Source: Octopus vulgaris (lineage: Eukaryota). From it: a DNA stretch of 64,000 nt. The position numbers and the translations under genes are program-made. Shown one piece after another: positions 12,779-24,458 of this stretch. The stretch is taken from contig OX597822.1 in NCBI GenBank assembly GCA_951406725.2, positions 58,218,001-58,282,000 on the forward strand, read 5' to 3'. The notes beneath the pieces are model-generated. The model had not been told where the DNA came from. It saw only the letters and a list, made by a program, of their open reading frames with translations, and ran no database searches. Position 1 is the stretch's first letter, and each line of letters opens with the position of its first letter.

Positions 12779-13004
12779 ATATTATATTAAATTAGAGACA
12801 AAACCACTATTATGCAAATCAAACAAAGAAAGACTTAAGCCAATACACAAAATAATTTATATAAATTAAAATTTAACATATGAATATGAATATATGAATA
12901 TATTCATATGTTAAATTTTAATTTATATAAATTATTTTATGTATTGGCTTAAGTCTTTCTTTGTTTGATTTGCATAATAGTGGTTTTGTCTCTAATTTGA
13001 TATA

Positions 13005-13008
<4 letters not shown>
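12779..13008. repeat. Long inverted repeat: 108-bp arms, 14-bp spacer
   Basis: 12779-12886 is the reverse complement of 12901-13008 with 2 mismatches. Confidence 0.95.
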
Positions 13009-13051
<43 letters not shown>

Positions 13052-13070
13052 TATATACATACATATATAC

Positions 13071-13101
<31 letters not shown>

Positions 13102-13317
13102 CATATATGTATATATATACATACATGTATATATACATATATGTATATATATATACATACATGTATATATATACATACATGTATATATATACATACATGT
13201 ATATATATACATACATGTATATATATGTATATATATATATATACATATATATACATATACATATACATATATATACATATACATATACATATATATACAT
13301 ATATATATATATACATA

Positions 13318-13353
<36 letters not shown>

Positions 13354-13841
13354 ATACATACATATACATATATATATACACATACATATATATATACACA
13401 TACATATATATATATATACACATACATATATATATACACATACATATATATATACATACATATATATATATATATACATATATATATACATATATATATA
13501 CATACATATATATATATATATACATACATATATATATACATATATATATACATACATATATATATATATACATACATATATATATATATACATACATATA
13601 TATACATATACATATATATACATATACATATATATACATATATATATATATACATATACATATATATACATACATATATATATACATACATATATATATA
13701 CACATACATATATATATATATACACATACATATATATATACACATACATATATATATATATACACATACATATATATATATATACACATACATATATATA
13801 TACACATACATATATATATACATACATATATATATACATAC

Positions 13842-13894
<53 letters not shown>

Positions 13895-13902
13895 CATATA
13901 TA
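13009..13902. repeat. Compound (TA)n/(TACA)n microsatellite of ~900 bp
   Basis: Direct reading. Confidence 0.98.
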
Positions 13903-13904
13903 TA

Positions 13905-14198
13905 ATCACATGACCGACCAGACCATCAGATGTTGCTACACATCGCTGGTCACAATGCGTTTGCATTGTTTTAGCCTTTGAACGACGCCATCCCGCTGGC
14001 TAAGCAAGCAGGCCAACAGAAGAAAGATTGAGAGAAAGAGTGGTGAAGGAGTACAGCAGGGATCACCTCCCCCTGCCGGAGCCTCGTGGAGCTTTTAGGT
14101 GTTTTCGCTCAATAAACACACAACGCCCGGTCTGGGAATCGAAACCGCAATCCTCCGACCGAGAGTCCGCTGCCCTAACCACTGGGCCATTGCACCTC

Positions 14199-14201
<3 letters not shown>
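13905..14201 (-). mobile_element. SINE family E (tRNA-like head GTGGAGGTGCAATGGCCCAGTGGTTAGGGCAGCGG...GGTTTCGATTCCC)
   Basis: A and B boxes present; head shared with 27590-27887 but the 3' half differs. It may correspond to the described octopus tRNA-Arg-derived OR-type SINEs (unverified). Confidence 0.8.
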
Positions 14202-14241
<40 letters not shown>

Positions 14242-15118
14242 CTGGGGTTGATTTGTTCGACTAAAATTCTTCAAGGCTGTGCTCCAGCATGGCCACAGTC
14301 TAATGACTGTAACAAGTAAAAGAGAAACGATAAAAAAGATTCATTACATAATGTAATCCCACATACACTATATCACAGTAAAAGACTGGATGGATATGGC
14401 TGGAATACTTCTCGATTACCAGGGACACAAATTTACACTGTGCTTGGTAGAGTGTTGGAAGGAATGCCTTGTAGTATTTTGCTCCAGTGCTTTACATTCT
14501 GAGTTCAAAAGCTGCTAAGACCAATTTTACCTTTTATCTTTTCAGAGTTGCAGGGTCTATAAAATAAAGTACCAATGGAGCACAGAGACTCAATAGTATC
14601 AACCATTCTGCAAATCCAAATTTTAGGCCTTGTACCCATGTTAGAAACTATTATTCATATATGAAACATATTGTCATTTAATAAAGAATACATACTGGTT
14701 TCATTGATATAGGTGATCATGATTGTTGCTGTTATTGTTCAGCCCAAGTAGATGTTTGACCAAAAGCATTAAACTGCATCATAACCACCTCATCCATTTA
14801 AGTGTGTGTCTAAGATTACAAATTACCCAATTTGTCCTTTCTTTAATTAAAGTGATAAGGTTTGATTTGAGGGATTTTTAGCTACTATTTCTAGCAGATA
14901 GAACCACCATATTTGTTTGTCCTGCACCACTTGATAACTGGTGTTGGTATGTTTACATCTCTGTAACTTAGTGGCTTGGCAAAAACTGATAGAGTAAGTA
15001 CCAGGCTCAAAAAAAAAAAAAGAATCCGTACTGGGGTCAATTCATTCAACAACAAATTCTTCAAGGCAGAGCTCCAGCATGGCAGTAGTCTAATGACTGA
15101 ACCGGAAAACAGATAAAA

Positions 15119-15164
<46 letters not shown>

Positions 15165-15169
15165 TATAT

Positions 15170-15530
15170 ATGAGCAAAACAACCCTGTCCAATGGACGGT
15201 GCTGAGTTGTCAAACATTTAAACCAAATTTTCTCAAAACAACTTGTCTGACCATCCCATAGGCCTCCCCTTTGAGAAACACTGATTTAACCTAAGTTTGA
15301 GACACCAGCAAAAGAAGAAATAAAGATAGACTTTTTTTCTATTCCAAAGAAAAACAATTTTATTCACTTTATCAATCGCATTCTCATCTGGAATCGATTT
15401 TTGTAATTTTTTCAAGACTTATACACGCACTGATACCATCAGTATCTACAAATCAAATTTCAGCGCAATCGGATGGAGGATGCCCGAGATCCTAAAAGAC
15501 ACGCACACACATACACACGACATAATAGGA
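15170..15530 (-). mobile_element. Non-autonomous Helitron-like remnant
   Basis: The minus strand starts with a (GT)-rich tract then ...ccgattgcgctgaaatttg..., the same layout as 24459-25108; imperfect subterminal hairpin ccgtccattggacagg; terminal CTAG not intact. Confidence 0.45.
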
Positions 15531-16477
15531 ACTGGTATGGCTGTGTGGTTAAGAAGCTTATGGTTAGGGGTTCAAGTCCTATGCTGCAGCAGTTTGACAA
15601 GTGTCTTTTACTCCAGCCCTGGACTTGACAAAAACCTTGTGAATGAATTGGGTAGACAGAAACTGAAGTTAAAATAAACAAAAATTTATGTAAAATACCT
15701 GTTACATACAAGCTTAACTACTGCATATTAATTATTTGTGTGTATGTGTGTGCATGTATGCACATATTAGAATATTACACTATCTGTTTGTTACCATTAA
15801 TACAAAACTGTGTATGTATGTAAAGAGCATCTTAAGCTTTTAATATATGAAAAGCTGGTTAATACTGAAGAGAGCTAACATTTCTAAATATAGGCCAGGA
15901 AATGGTCTTCGCCTATGCTTCCTTGATGTATGTCAACTATTGAAGATAAGAAGCCAGATAAAGATTATATAATGAAGTCTGTCAATAAACAACCCATCTC
16001 TTCACACTCTTTCCTTTCTCGCGGCTCTATGTTTAGAATCAACAATCGCTCTGTTCCACACAAAAACCAAGCCAAAACTTGAAATGATCTTAAACTAATT
16101 TTCCAGATGATCTTTTACCACTCACCAACCCATCGACCACACCACATAAAGATTCTGCTGATAGCTTTGGAATTGATACAGATTCAGCTTATGGTAAATC
16201 AGTGGAATTAGTGTTATCTAAAGCAGGTTATTTATTTCATGTGGTTTACTCTTGGGAATACAGATTCAGAGGCTTATATTTTTCTTCTTTTGGTTAGGTG
16301 ACATTTTTTCAGCATTAAAAAAAGAACCCCTCTTCTGTAATAGTTCAAAGTCTCAATATCCCTGTTCTAGCATATTCTGTACAAAAGGAACAGAAACTGT
16401 AGTATTACAATGGAAAATGCAAAGGGCAGGAGTTTCAGTATTCCTTCCAGCTCTTTTTTATATATTCTGGGTTTAAA

Positions 16478-16709
16478 GGGCGGTGAGCTGGCAGAATCGT
16501 TAGCATGTCGGGTGAAATACTAAGTGGTATTTCGGCTGCTGTTACGTTCTGAGTTCAAATTCCGCCGAAGTCGACTTTGCTTTTCATCCTTTCGGGGTCG
16601 ATAAATTAAGTACCAGTTACGCACTGGGGTCGATATAACCGATTTAAGCCCTTTGTCTGTCCTTGTTTGTCCCCTCTGTGTTTAGCCCCCTGTGGGCAAT
16701 AAAGAAATA
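16478..16709 (+). mobile_element. SINE family B1 with a 19-bp TSD
   Basis: TSD tatatattctgggtttaaa at 16459-16477 and 16710-16728; head GGCGGTGAGCTGGCAGAATCGTTAGC, B box GAGTTCAAATTC, core GCTTTTCATCCTTTCGGGGTCGATAAATTAAGTACCAG, tail TTTAGCCCCCTGTGGGCAATAAAGAAAT. Confidence 0.9.
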
Positions 16710-16729
16710 TATATATTCTGGGTTTAAAT

Positions 16730-16977
16730 ATGCTTTGCCTTTCATCCCTGTCTTCACATTCTGAGTTCAAATTCTGCTGAGGTCAACTTTGCCTTTCATG
16801 CTTTCAGGGTCAATAAATTAAGTACTAGTGAACACACTGGGGTCAATGTAATTGACTATCCCCTTCCCCCAAATTTCATGCCTTATCAACTACTCTTTTC
16901 TCCCTGAAAATTATTAGCCTTGTGTCTAAACCAGAAACTAATAGTATTATTAATATTATCCTCATTCATTGTTGTTG

Positions 16978-17008
<31 letters not shown>

Positions 17009-17681
17009 AAAGGCTGCAAGGTGGCAAGGTTGTTAGCACCTTCCACAAAATGCTTAATGGCTTTTCTTCCCTCTTCATGTTCTGATTTCAAATTCTGTCA
17101 TGGTTGACTTTGCCTTCCAAACTTTCAGGATCATTGAAGCAACTATCAGTTGAGCACTAGGGTCGAAGTAATCTACTAGCCCTTTCCCACCAAATTTCAG
17201 GTACAAGACCTGAAACTGGTGGGGGTAGGGTGGGGTGAAATGCTTAGCTGTATTTCCTCTGTCATTATGTTCTGAGTTCAAATTCTGCTGAGGTCGACTT
17301 TGCCTTTCATCCTTTTGGAGTTGATAAATTAAGTACCAGTCATGTACTGGGGTTGATGTGATTGGTTGTCCCCCTCCCCACAAAATTCTAGGCCTTGTGC
17401 CTATAGTAGGAAGGATTATCATTATTATTATTATCATTATTATTATTATTATTATTATTATTAAGGCAGTGAGCTGGCAGAATCATTAGCATGCTGGGCA
17501 AAATGCTTAGTGGCATCTTTACATTCTGAGTTGCTATTCTATTGGGGCTGACTTTGCCTTTCATCCTTTCAGGGTCAATAAAATAAATACCAGTCAAGTA
17601 GTAGGGTCAATGTAGTTTACTTTCTCTTGCCCCAAAATTGCTGCCCTTGTGGCAAAAATTTGAAATCATTATCACTATTAC

Positions 17682-17714
<33 letters not shown>

Positions 17715-17942
17715 AGCAGTGAGCTGGCAGAATTGTTAGCATGCCAGGCAAAATAATACTTAGCAGCATTTCGTCTGTCTTCACATTCTGAGTTCAAATT
17801 CTGCTGAGGTCAACTTTGCCTTTCATCCTTTCAGGGTCAATAAATTAAGTACCAGTGAACACACTGGGGTCAATGTAATTGACTATCCCAACCTCCAAAT
17901 TTCATGCCTTATACCCTTAGCAGAAAGGATTGTTATTATTAT
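16730..17942 (+). repeat. Head-to-tail array of ~5 SINE B2 copies separated by (ATT)n
   Basis: Repeated AAGGC.GYGAGCTGGCAGAAT...CCTTTCATCC...CCCCAAATTTCAGGCCTTGTGCC...GGATTATTATT units. Confidence 0.85.
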
Positions 17943-18545
17943 TTCTAAAACTAAAAATAGTTTATGGGACAAAGCCGAGTAAGGTTCTTTTCTTTTCCCT
18001 GCCTGTATGAACATGATGTGAGATGTTTTTCTTTTATATTAGCATACAGATCTATCCACATCTGGATGCTTTTAACATTAAAATCCTGTTTCCTCATTGG
18101 TTGTCCGTAATGTTTTTGTATGAAACAGTTTCATGCTTTCAATTCTAACAGCACTTAGCTAACTCTGGAATGGTTTGTGTAAAATGAGTAAGTCATCTGA
18201 ATACTGGCATCGTTTGCCACCACTAAAGTTTACAGATATGATGAGGGAATTGATGCTTTTTTCATGCCTCATTAACTAAATTTTTAGTACATTTAGCAGA
18301 GAGCAACCATTATTATATAATATTTCTTTGAAATTTCTAAATATACAGGAATAGGTATGGCTGTATGGTCAACAAGTTCACTTCAAAGCCACAGGGATTC
18401 TGGTTCAACCCCACTGCATGGCACCTTGGACAAGTGTCTTCTACTTCAGTTCCAGGGCAACCATTGCCCTGCAAGGGAATTTAGCAGGGAAACTGCAAGA
18501 AACCCATCATGTGTGTGTGTGTGTGTGCACATGTGTGTTAAGTTA

Positions 18546-18790
18546 ATTTTTTGGCTCAAAAAGCAAAAAGCAAGGCCATGTAGGGGGACATGGAGTTATG
18601 TACAGGGAGGGTGTTCATGCAAAGAGTTCAGGCCATTTCTGGTCAAGAGAGACTTTGAACCGAGCGGTCATCGGCATCTTCACTATCTCGTCCAGCAGCT
18701 TATTCCATGGATCTGCAACCTGGACGGAGAAAGCCCCTCTCCTTCAATTGAGATGAAATTGTCGCAGATAGAGCTTTTTGGAGTGACCCA
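18546..18790 (-). mobile_element. CR1-clade LINE 3' remnant
   Basis: The minus frame reads GHSKKLYLRQFHLN*RRGAFSVQVADPWNKLLDEIVKMPMTARFKVSLDQKW, the canonical CR1 ORF2 end (GH..KL...F.S.RV...WN.LP..VV...FK..LD). Confidence 0.85.
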
Positions 18791-19636
18791 TGTGTTTGTG
18801 TGTGTTTGCATGTGCATGCATACACAAATTTGCATGTATGCTTATATTCTATCTTTGTTACTGCTTGAGCAAAGTAGTGCTCATTCCTTGTCAACAAAAA
18901 GTCATATCTGACCTATGGTATAAAGAAATCTATAACTTGAAGAACAGATAAAAAGATGTCTACAAGAAGCGTCTCAGCTCCTTCTTTAGCTAATTCTTCA
19001 TACAAAGGTCATACAAATATGGAAAGGTGATGTTAAATGAGGGGCAATGTTATCTTATTTTCACTTGCCATGCTGGCATGAATTGGACAGGTTGTCATGA
19101 TTTGAGTCATCTCCCATTAGGAACCAATGCTTCCAGAGACACGTACTTGCACACGTCATTTGGCTTGGTTTTTATGGCGTGATGCCCTTCCTACTGCCAA
19201 CCACTTTACAAAGTGTAGTGGGTGCATTTTCTCATTATATCAACTTAGAAGGTTTGAGTAGACTTCAGTGAGACAGGTCTAAAGGGACCTTACAACCTTA
19301 CACTTTTTCTCCTTGGCCACTGTGGGTAAGTGTAAATACAGAAAGAGTAGTTGATAATTTATTGATAACTTAGTGTGTAGATCAAAGTCGGAAAGAAGAG
19401 GGAGTGATAAAATTATAGTCAGAAAGGAGTATCTGAGAGGTGGAGATAGAGATGTAAGTTTGGGTGTAGAGAGTGGTCAATAATTTAGGATGCATACATT
19501 TACTCTGGTGATCTAGGAGAAGAATGAGAGGAGGAGGGGACGGGAGAGGGAAGGGAGAGAGGGGAAGGAGAGGGAGTAACGATATCAGAACAGGAATGGG
19601 TGAAAAGAAGGAGGAGCAAGAATATGATGGGAAGAT

Positions 19637-19868
19637 ACAAGGTGGCAAGCTGACAGAAATGTTAGCATGCTGGGCAAAATGCCTAGCGGTATTCGTCTGC
19701 CATTATGTTCTGAGTTCAAATTTCACCAAGATCGACTTTACCTTTCATCCTTTTGGGGGTCAATAAATTAAGTACCAGTTACGCACTGGGGTCAATGTAA
19801 TCGACAATCCCTTTGTCTGTCTTTATTTGTCCCCTCTATGTTTAGCCCCATGTGGGCAATAACGAAAT
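19637..19868 (+). mobile_element. SINE family B1 with a 19-bp TSD
   Basis: TSD aagaatatgatgggaagat at 19618-19636 and 19869-19887. Confidence 0.88.
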
Positions 19869-20439
19869 AAGAATATGATGGGAAGATGGTAGGAATATCT
19901 GGGAGTGGTATTGGAGGTGAGTGATTTGCAATAACAGAGGTGCTAAAGGTAAGGATGGAGCTGGGGATGAAAAGAGCAACAGTATGATGGGAAAAGGTAA
20001 GGCTATTAGGAATAAAGTGAAGGTGGGATGATTGGCAATGACAGGGGTAGATAAAGGTAGAGGTGGATGGTGAGATAAAGTTGAGAGTAAGTGATGGGTA
20101 GCAACAGAAGTAGTCTGGAGGAGAGAGAGAGAGTGATGACTGGCAGCATAGTAGGATGAAGTTAGAATGTATTGAGTAGGGGCATGATGGTGGTCCTATA
20201 CATAGGTGTAGTGAAGGAGGAAGGAAGGTTGGATAGTGATGAAGATGGTGCAATCAGGTGTTGGCAAGATGAGAAATAAGGGTCTATGAGTAATAAGGAG
20301 ATGGGTGAAAGGAGAAAAGGAGTAAGCAATTGGTGATTGGGAAGTAGGATTAAGGATGTAAGGTGAGGGTGCAATAGATGTAGGTTTGGTAGGGTACATA
20401 ATATTGTAGCCGCTTAACCCTTGTATTAGGGTACATGTT

Positions 20440-20885
20440 GCTATCAGTGGTCATGTCTTCTGTAGCACTGCATATTGCCAAAGAGTATGATCTTTTACCT
20501 TCTCCTTTGTGAGGCATAACATCTTCAGGTGAGTCTTCAGTATTTCATGCCAAGTTTTCTTTGGTCTCCTTTTTCCACAGGTTCACTTTGATTGCTCAAC
20601 AACCTTATGCATCGCAGCTGCCGCTGCCGTCATCCAGTTGTGCTTATTGCACAGATCACCATGACTTGCTCCATCCAGTCTGTTAACTCTGCAATTGCAT
20701 GTGGTAGGTCTTCTCAGGTGCACTCAGAGTCCTCACACAGTTGCTTTATGCAGGTTCAATGTAGTCTATCAACATTTGCATATGCATGTTTGCATGCTTA
20801 ATACAGCGATCATCTTCCATGTATATCACATTCTCATACCAGTGCAGCTTTCTCTCTTATACAGAACACCTGATTCCCATTATTC
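20440..20885 (-). mobile_element. Degenerate RTE-clade LINE C-terminal fragments
   Basis: Minus-strand peptides GIRCSV*ERKLHWYENVIYMEDDRCIK and TCGKRRPKKTWHEILKTHLKMLCLTKEKVKDHTLWQYAVLQKT match the RTE consensus RRLRW.GHV.RM...GR.RPKKTW...D...WR. Confidence 0.78.
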
Positions 20886-20894
20886 CCTGGGTGT

Positions 20895-20930
<36 letters not shown>

Positions 20931-21173
20931 ATGCGCATGTGAGTCAGTTCATGTGCATGCATGTGTATTACTGTTTCATTGCCTTGATGTTATGTGATAG
21001 AATGTCACTAGCAAGCAAGTGGTGTCCTTCAGTCTCCAATTTCCTAGACATGGGGAAATATTACTTAAGTTGGAAACAGGTGAGTATTGGTGAAAGGAAG
21101 CACATCCAACCATAGAAAGTCCACCTCATCAAATTCTGTCTGACCCATGTGAGCATGGAAAAGTGGACATATA

Positions 21174-21580
21174 GGCGCAGGAGTGGCTGTGTGGTAAGTA
21201 CCTTGCTTACCAACCACATGGTCCCGGGTTAAGTCCTACTGCGTGGCACCTTGGGCAAGTGTCTGCTACTTTAGGCTCGGGCCGACCAAAACCTTGTGAG
21301 TGGATTTGGTAGACTGAAGCTGGAAGAAGCCCGTCGTATATGTATATATATGTGTTTGTATATGTTTGTCTGTCTGTGTTTGTCCCCCCAACACCCAACA
21401 TTGCTTGACAACCAATGCTGGTGTGTTTACGTAACCTAGCACTTTGGCAAAAGAGACCAACAGAATATGTACTAGGCTTACAAAGAATAAGCTCTGGGGT
21501 CAATTTGCTCGACTAAAGGCGGTGCTCCAGCATGGCCGCAGTCAAAATAACTGAAAAGAGTAAAAGAGTATAAAAGAGTA
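21174..21580 (+). mobile_element. Full-length SINE family A
   Basis: Collinear with 12088-12497. Confidence 0.87.
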
Positions 21581-22045
21581 TTAAAATAATGATGATCATC
21601 ATCATGACATTCATGTGTACTAACATTTCACATCCATGAGCACATACTTGCCTCATTTCTTTCTTGCCTTTGGTAGTCTTCTGTATTCAGGGCCTATGTA
21701 CATGGTGTGTGTGTGTGCACGCGTGTGCATGAGTATGTATGTGTATTTGTTTGAGTTCATATTTGTCGTGGTCTTTGACACTCAGTATTGTTTTGTTTAT
21801 GTCCTGGTAAGCTAGAAACCAATAAATAAGTACCAAACTTAAAAATAACTATCAGGATCGATTTTGATCGACTAAACTCACCAAGGCAGTGCCCCAACAT
21901 GGCCACAGTCCAATGACAGAAACCAGTAAAGAGATTAAAAGGGTATAAGAATATAAATGTCAAAAGATGAAAAAAAGAAAATTTACATATGAATAAAAAA
22001 AAAAAAGAACAATGAACTATTAACATTTAATTTGAGCAAACCAAC

Positions 22046-22538
22046 CTGATTAATTTTCGTCGATCATTTGGATGGATTTTCTGGGCACTGGTTGGATCTA
22101 ATTGTTTTAGTCTAGCATGAAGTTGAACAGAGTCTACCTCATAGCCCCACTGTCTAATATCACAGAGTGGAAAACTGGTAATATCACACTCTGAAATATT
22201 AGTTGTTTCTTTGGTACAATATTCCTTATGAGTGTCACTCACAGTATTATTCACATCAGTGTTATCTGTGCAGCTGCTCTTTAATTCTGTCCTATCACTG
22301 TGGCTACTTTCTGAATCACTGCTATCTCCATCCACATTCTTTCCCTCTGTTTTAACCAGCTGAGTGGTGCTGTCTATCTCAGATTTATGAGTGACAGTGC
22401 TATCATCTCTGCTAGATTCATTGCCGTGTTCTGCGTTGAGTTTGCGACGTTTTGGAATTGGAGAACATTCAGTTGGAATATATTTAGGGGTGCCAGAATC
22501 AGTGGAAATGTGTGCAAGTAACTCCTTATCTTTATTAT
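22046..22538 (-). CDS. TRIT1: TRIT1 internal exon (493 bp): long acidic insert followed by the conserved ...SVQLHARLKQLDPTSAQKIHPNDRRKLIR
   Basis: Acceptor ttttccttttag|AT AAT AAA (phase 1); donor ATC AG|gttggt (phase 2); open frame throughout. L..L...DP..A.KIHPND.RK..R is the hallmark IPP-transferase motif. Confidence 0.9.
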
Positions 22539-22608
22539 CTAAAAGGAAAATATAAAATGACATTTTAATAACAATTCCTTAACAAATAATAATAATAATA
22601 ATAATAAT

Positions 22609-22768
22609 GTACATAGAATAAATAGGGGCTGTAGAAAACAGCACTGCTTGGAACCACTCGAATACTCCGGAAGGTGCTCGAATAATAAGAGGTGTTACCT
22701 TAGTTCACTGGTAGTGAACAGCTGACACCATAGTACATCTCCAGCATTAGAAGCTGTACAAAGGCAAT
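22609..22768 (+). mobile_element. R4/Dong-clade (RLE) non-LTR 3' end inserted in (AAT)n
   Basis: Reads L*KTALLGTTRILRKVLE* at 22629-22685 (consensus LQK.ALLGTA.ILRKVL); flanked by (AAT)n on both sides. Confidence 0.82.
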
Positions 22769-22899
22769 GATAATAATAATCCTTTCTACTTACTATAGGC
22801 ACTTTGGAGGAATGGAGCGGCACTCAGTATCTTTTCAAAAAAGACAAAAGTGATGAAGATAAAGAAAACTAGCTATGATAAAAAAATTAAAAGGTGGAA

Positions 22900-23360
22900 G
22901 ATGGGGTCAGGCCCTAAATGGATCAAAAGGATGATAGATCAGTAAAGCTGTTCACCCAAAAGTAGAATATGGAATGATTCAAATGAGACTATAGCTCATG
23001 TTGTATTGGAATGTTGACAGCTTAGAATGACTACAAAAAAATGAAAAAGAGATTTAGCCATTTTCTGGGAAAAGCACTTGAAAACAACGAAGTGGGGTTG
23101 TTGTGGAACTTTCATAAGAATAAACAAAAGAACAATAAAACACAATAGACTGGATATTGTAGTCAGTGACAAGAAGATACTATGTATTGTAATCAATGTG
23201 GCAGAATAAATAGAAAATAGAAATAAAAAGAAAAGGTAGAGTATCATATTGACTTAAAGCAGGTAATCCCCAAGTACTGGAACACAGAAGTTAATAAAGT
23301 CATAGTACAATGGGCTGTTACTGGGGTCTTGGAAATAGTGACAAAAAACTATGAGAGTAA
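22900..23360 (+). mobile_element. Older R4/Dong-clade remnant: CCHC knuckle plus restriction-like endonuclease
   Basis: Broken frames SPKSRIW..SNETIAHVVLEC*QL / LENNEVGLLWNF / RTIKHNRLDIVVSDKK...CIVINVA / KEKVEYHIDLK...YW...V.GVL. Confidence 0.75.
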
Positions 23361-23844
23361 ATCATCATCATCATCGTTTAATGTCCGTTTTCTATGCTAG
23401 CAAGGATTGGATGGTTTGATCGGAGTCTGGGAAGCCAGGGGCTGCACCAGGCTCGTCTGATCTGGCAGTGCTTCTACAGCTGGATGCCCTTCCTAACGCC
23501 AACCACTCCATGAGTGTAGTGGGTGCTTTTTATGTGCCACCGGCACAGGGGCCAAAGGAGGCTGGCATATGGCCACGATTGGTTGGTGCTTTTTAAGTGT
23601 CACCGACAGGGATGCCAGTCCTTTATTTTAATGTGGGAATAGGTGCCATGATGAAAGTGTCTACTAATTTGAGCAAGAATTATCCAGAAATTCCTCAATA
23701 CAAAGTCTGAACAGACATGAAGAGTAAAATGAAACAGAAGGTACAAAATATACATCATCCTTGACCATGAGTTGTGGCTTGAAAAGAAGCTTAATTAAAC
23801 TACACACAACATCAATTCTGTGGAACAATAGAAAAAGCAAATGA

Positions 23845-24458
23845 TACTTTTCTCTAATTTTGATGCAAGGCCAGTAATTTTAGAGAAGGAGGAAAGTCAA
23901 TTACATTAACCCCAGTGCTCAACTGGTACTTATTTTATTGATCCTGAAAGGATGAAAAGCAAAGCTGATCTTGGTCCCAGATAACAACAATCCTTTCTAC
24001 TGGAAGTACAAGGCCTCAAATTTGGGGGAAGGGATTAAGTCAATTACATTGACCCCAGTGCATAACTGGTACTTATTTAATCAACTCCAAAGGGATGAAA
24101 GGCAAAGCCGACCTTGGCGGAAACTGAACTCAGAATGTAGTAGCAGACAAAATACCGCTATGCATTTTGCCTGGTATGCTAACGATTCTGCCAGCTCACC
24201 GCCTTAATAATAATGAATGATGATGATGATGATGATGATGATAATGGTTTCAAATTTTCCCACAAGGGCAGCAATTTTGGGGGAGAGGATGAGTTGATTA
24301 CATCAACCCCAGTGTTCAACTGGTACTTATTTTATCGACCTTGAAAGGATGAAAGGCAAAGTTGACCTTGGCAGAATTTAAACTCAGAACATAGCAGCGG
24401 ACAAAAGCATTTCACCTGACGTGCTAACGATTCTGCTAGTTCGCCACCTTAATAATAA
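23845..24458 (-). repeat. Array of SINE B2 copies (another copy at 25130-25330)
   Basis: Repeated rc core CTGGTACTTA.TTTATCGACC...AAAGGATGAAAGGCAAAG separated by (AAT)n/(GAT)n. Confidence 0.8.

Noticed and set aside
14100-14201. tRNA-like sequences (also the heads of SINE A, B, D and 27590)
   Set aside because: A/B boxes continue into SINE bodies, with no proper acceptor stem or terminator; not tRNA genes.
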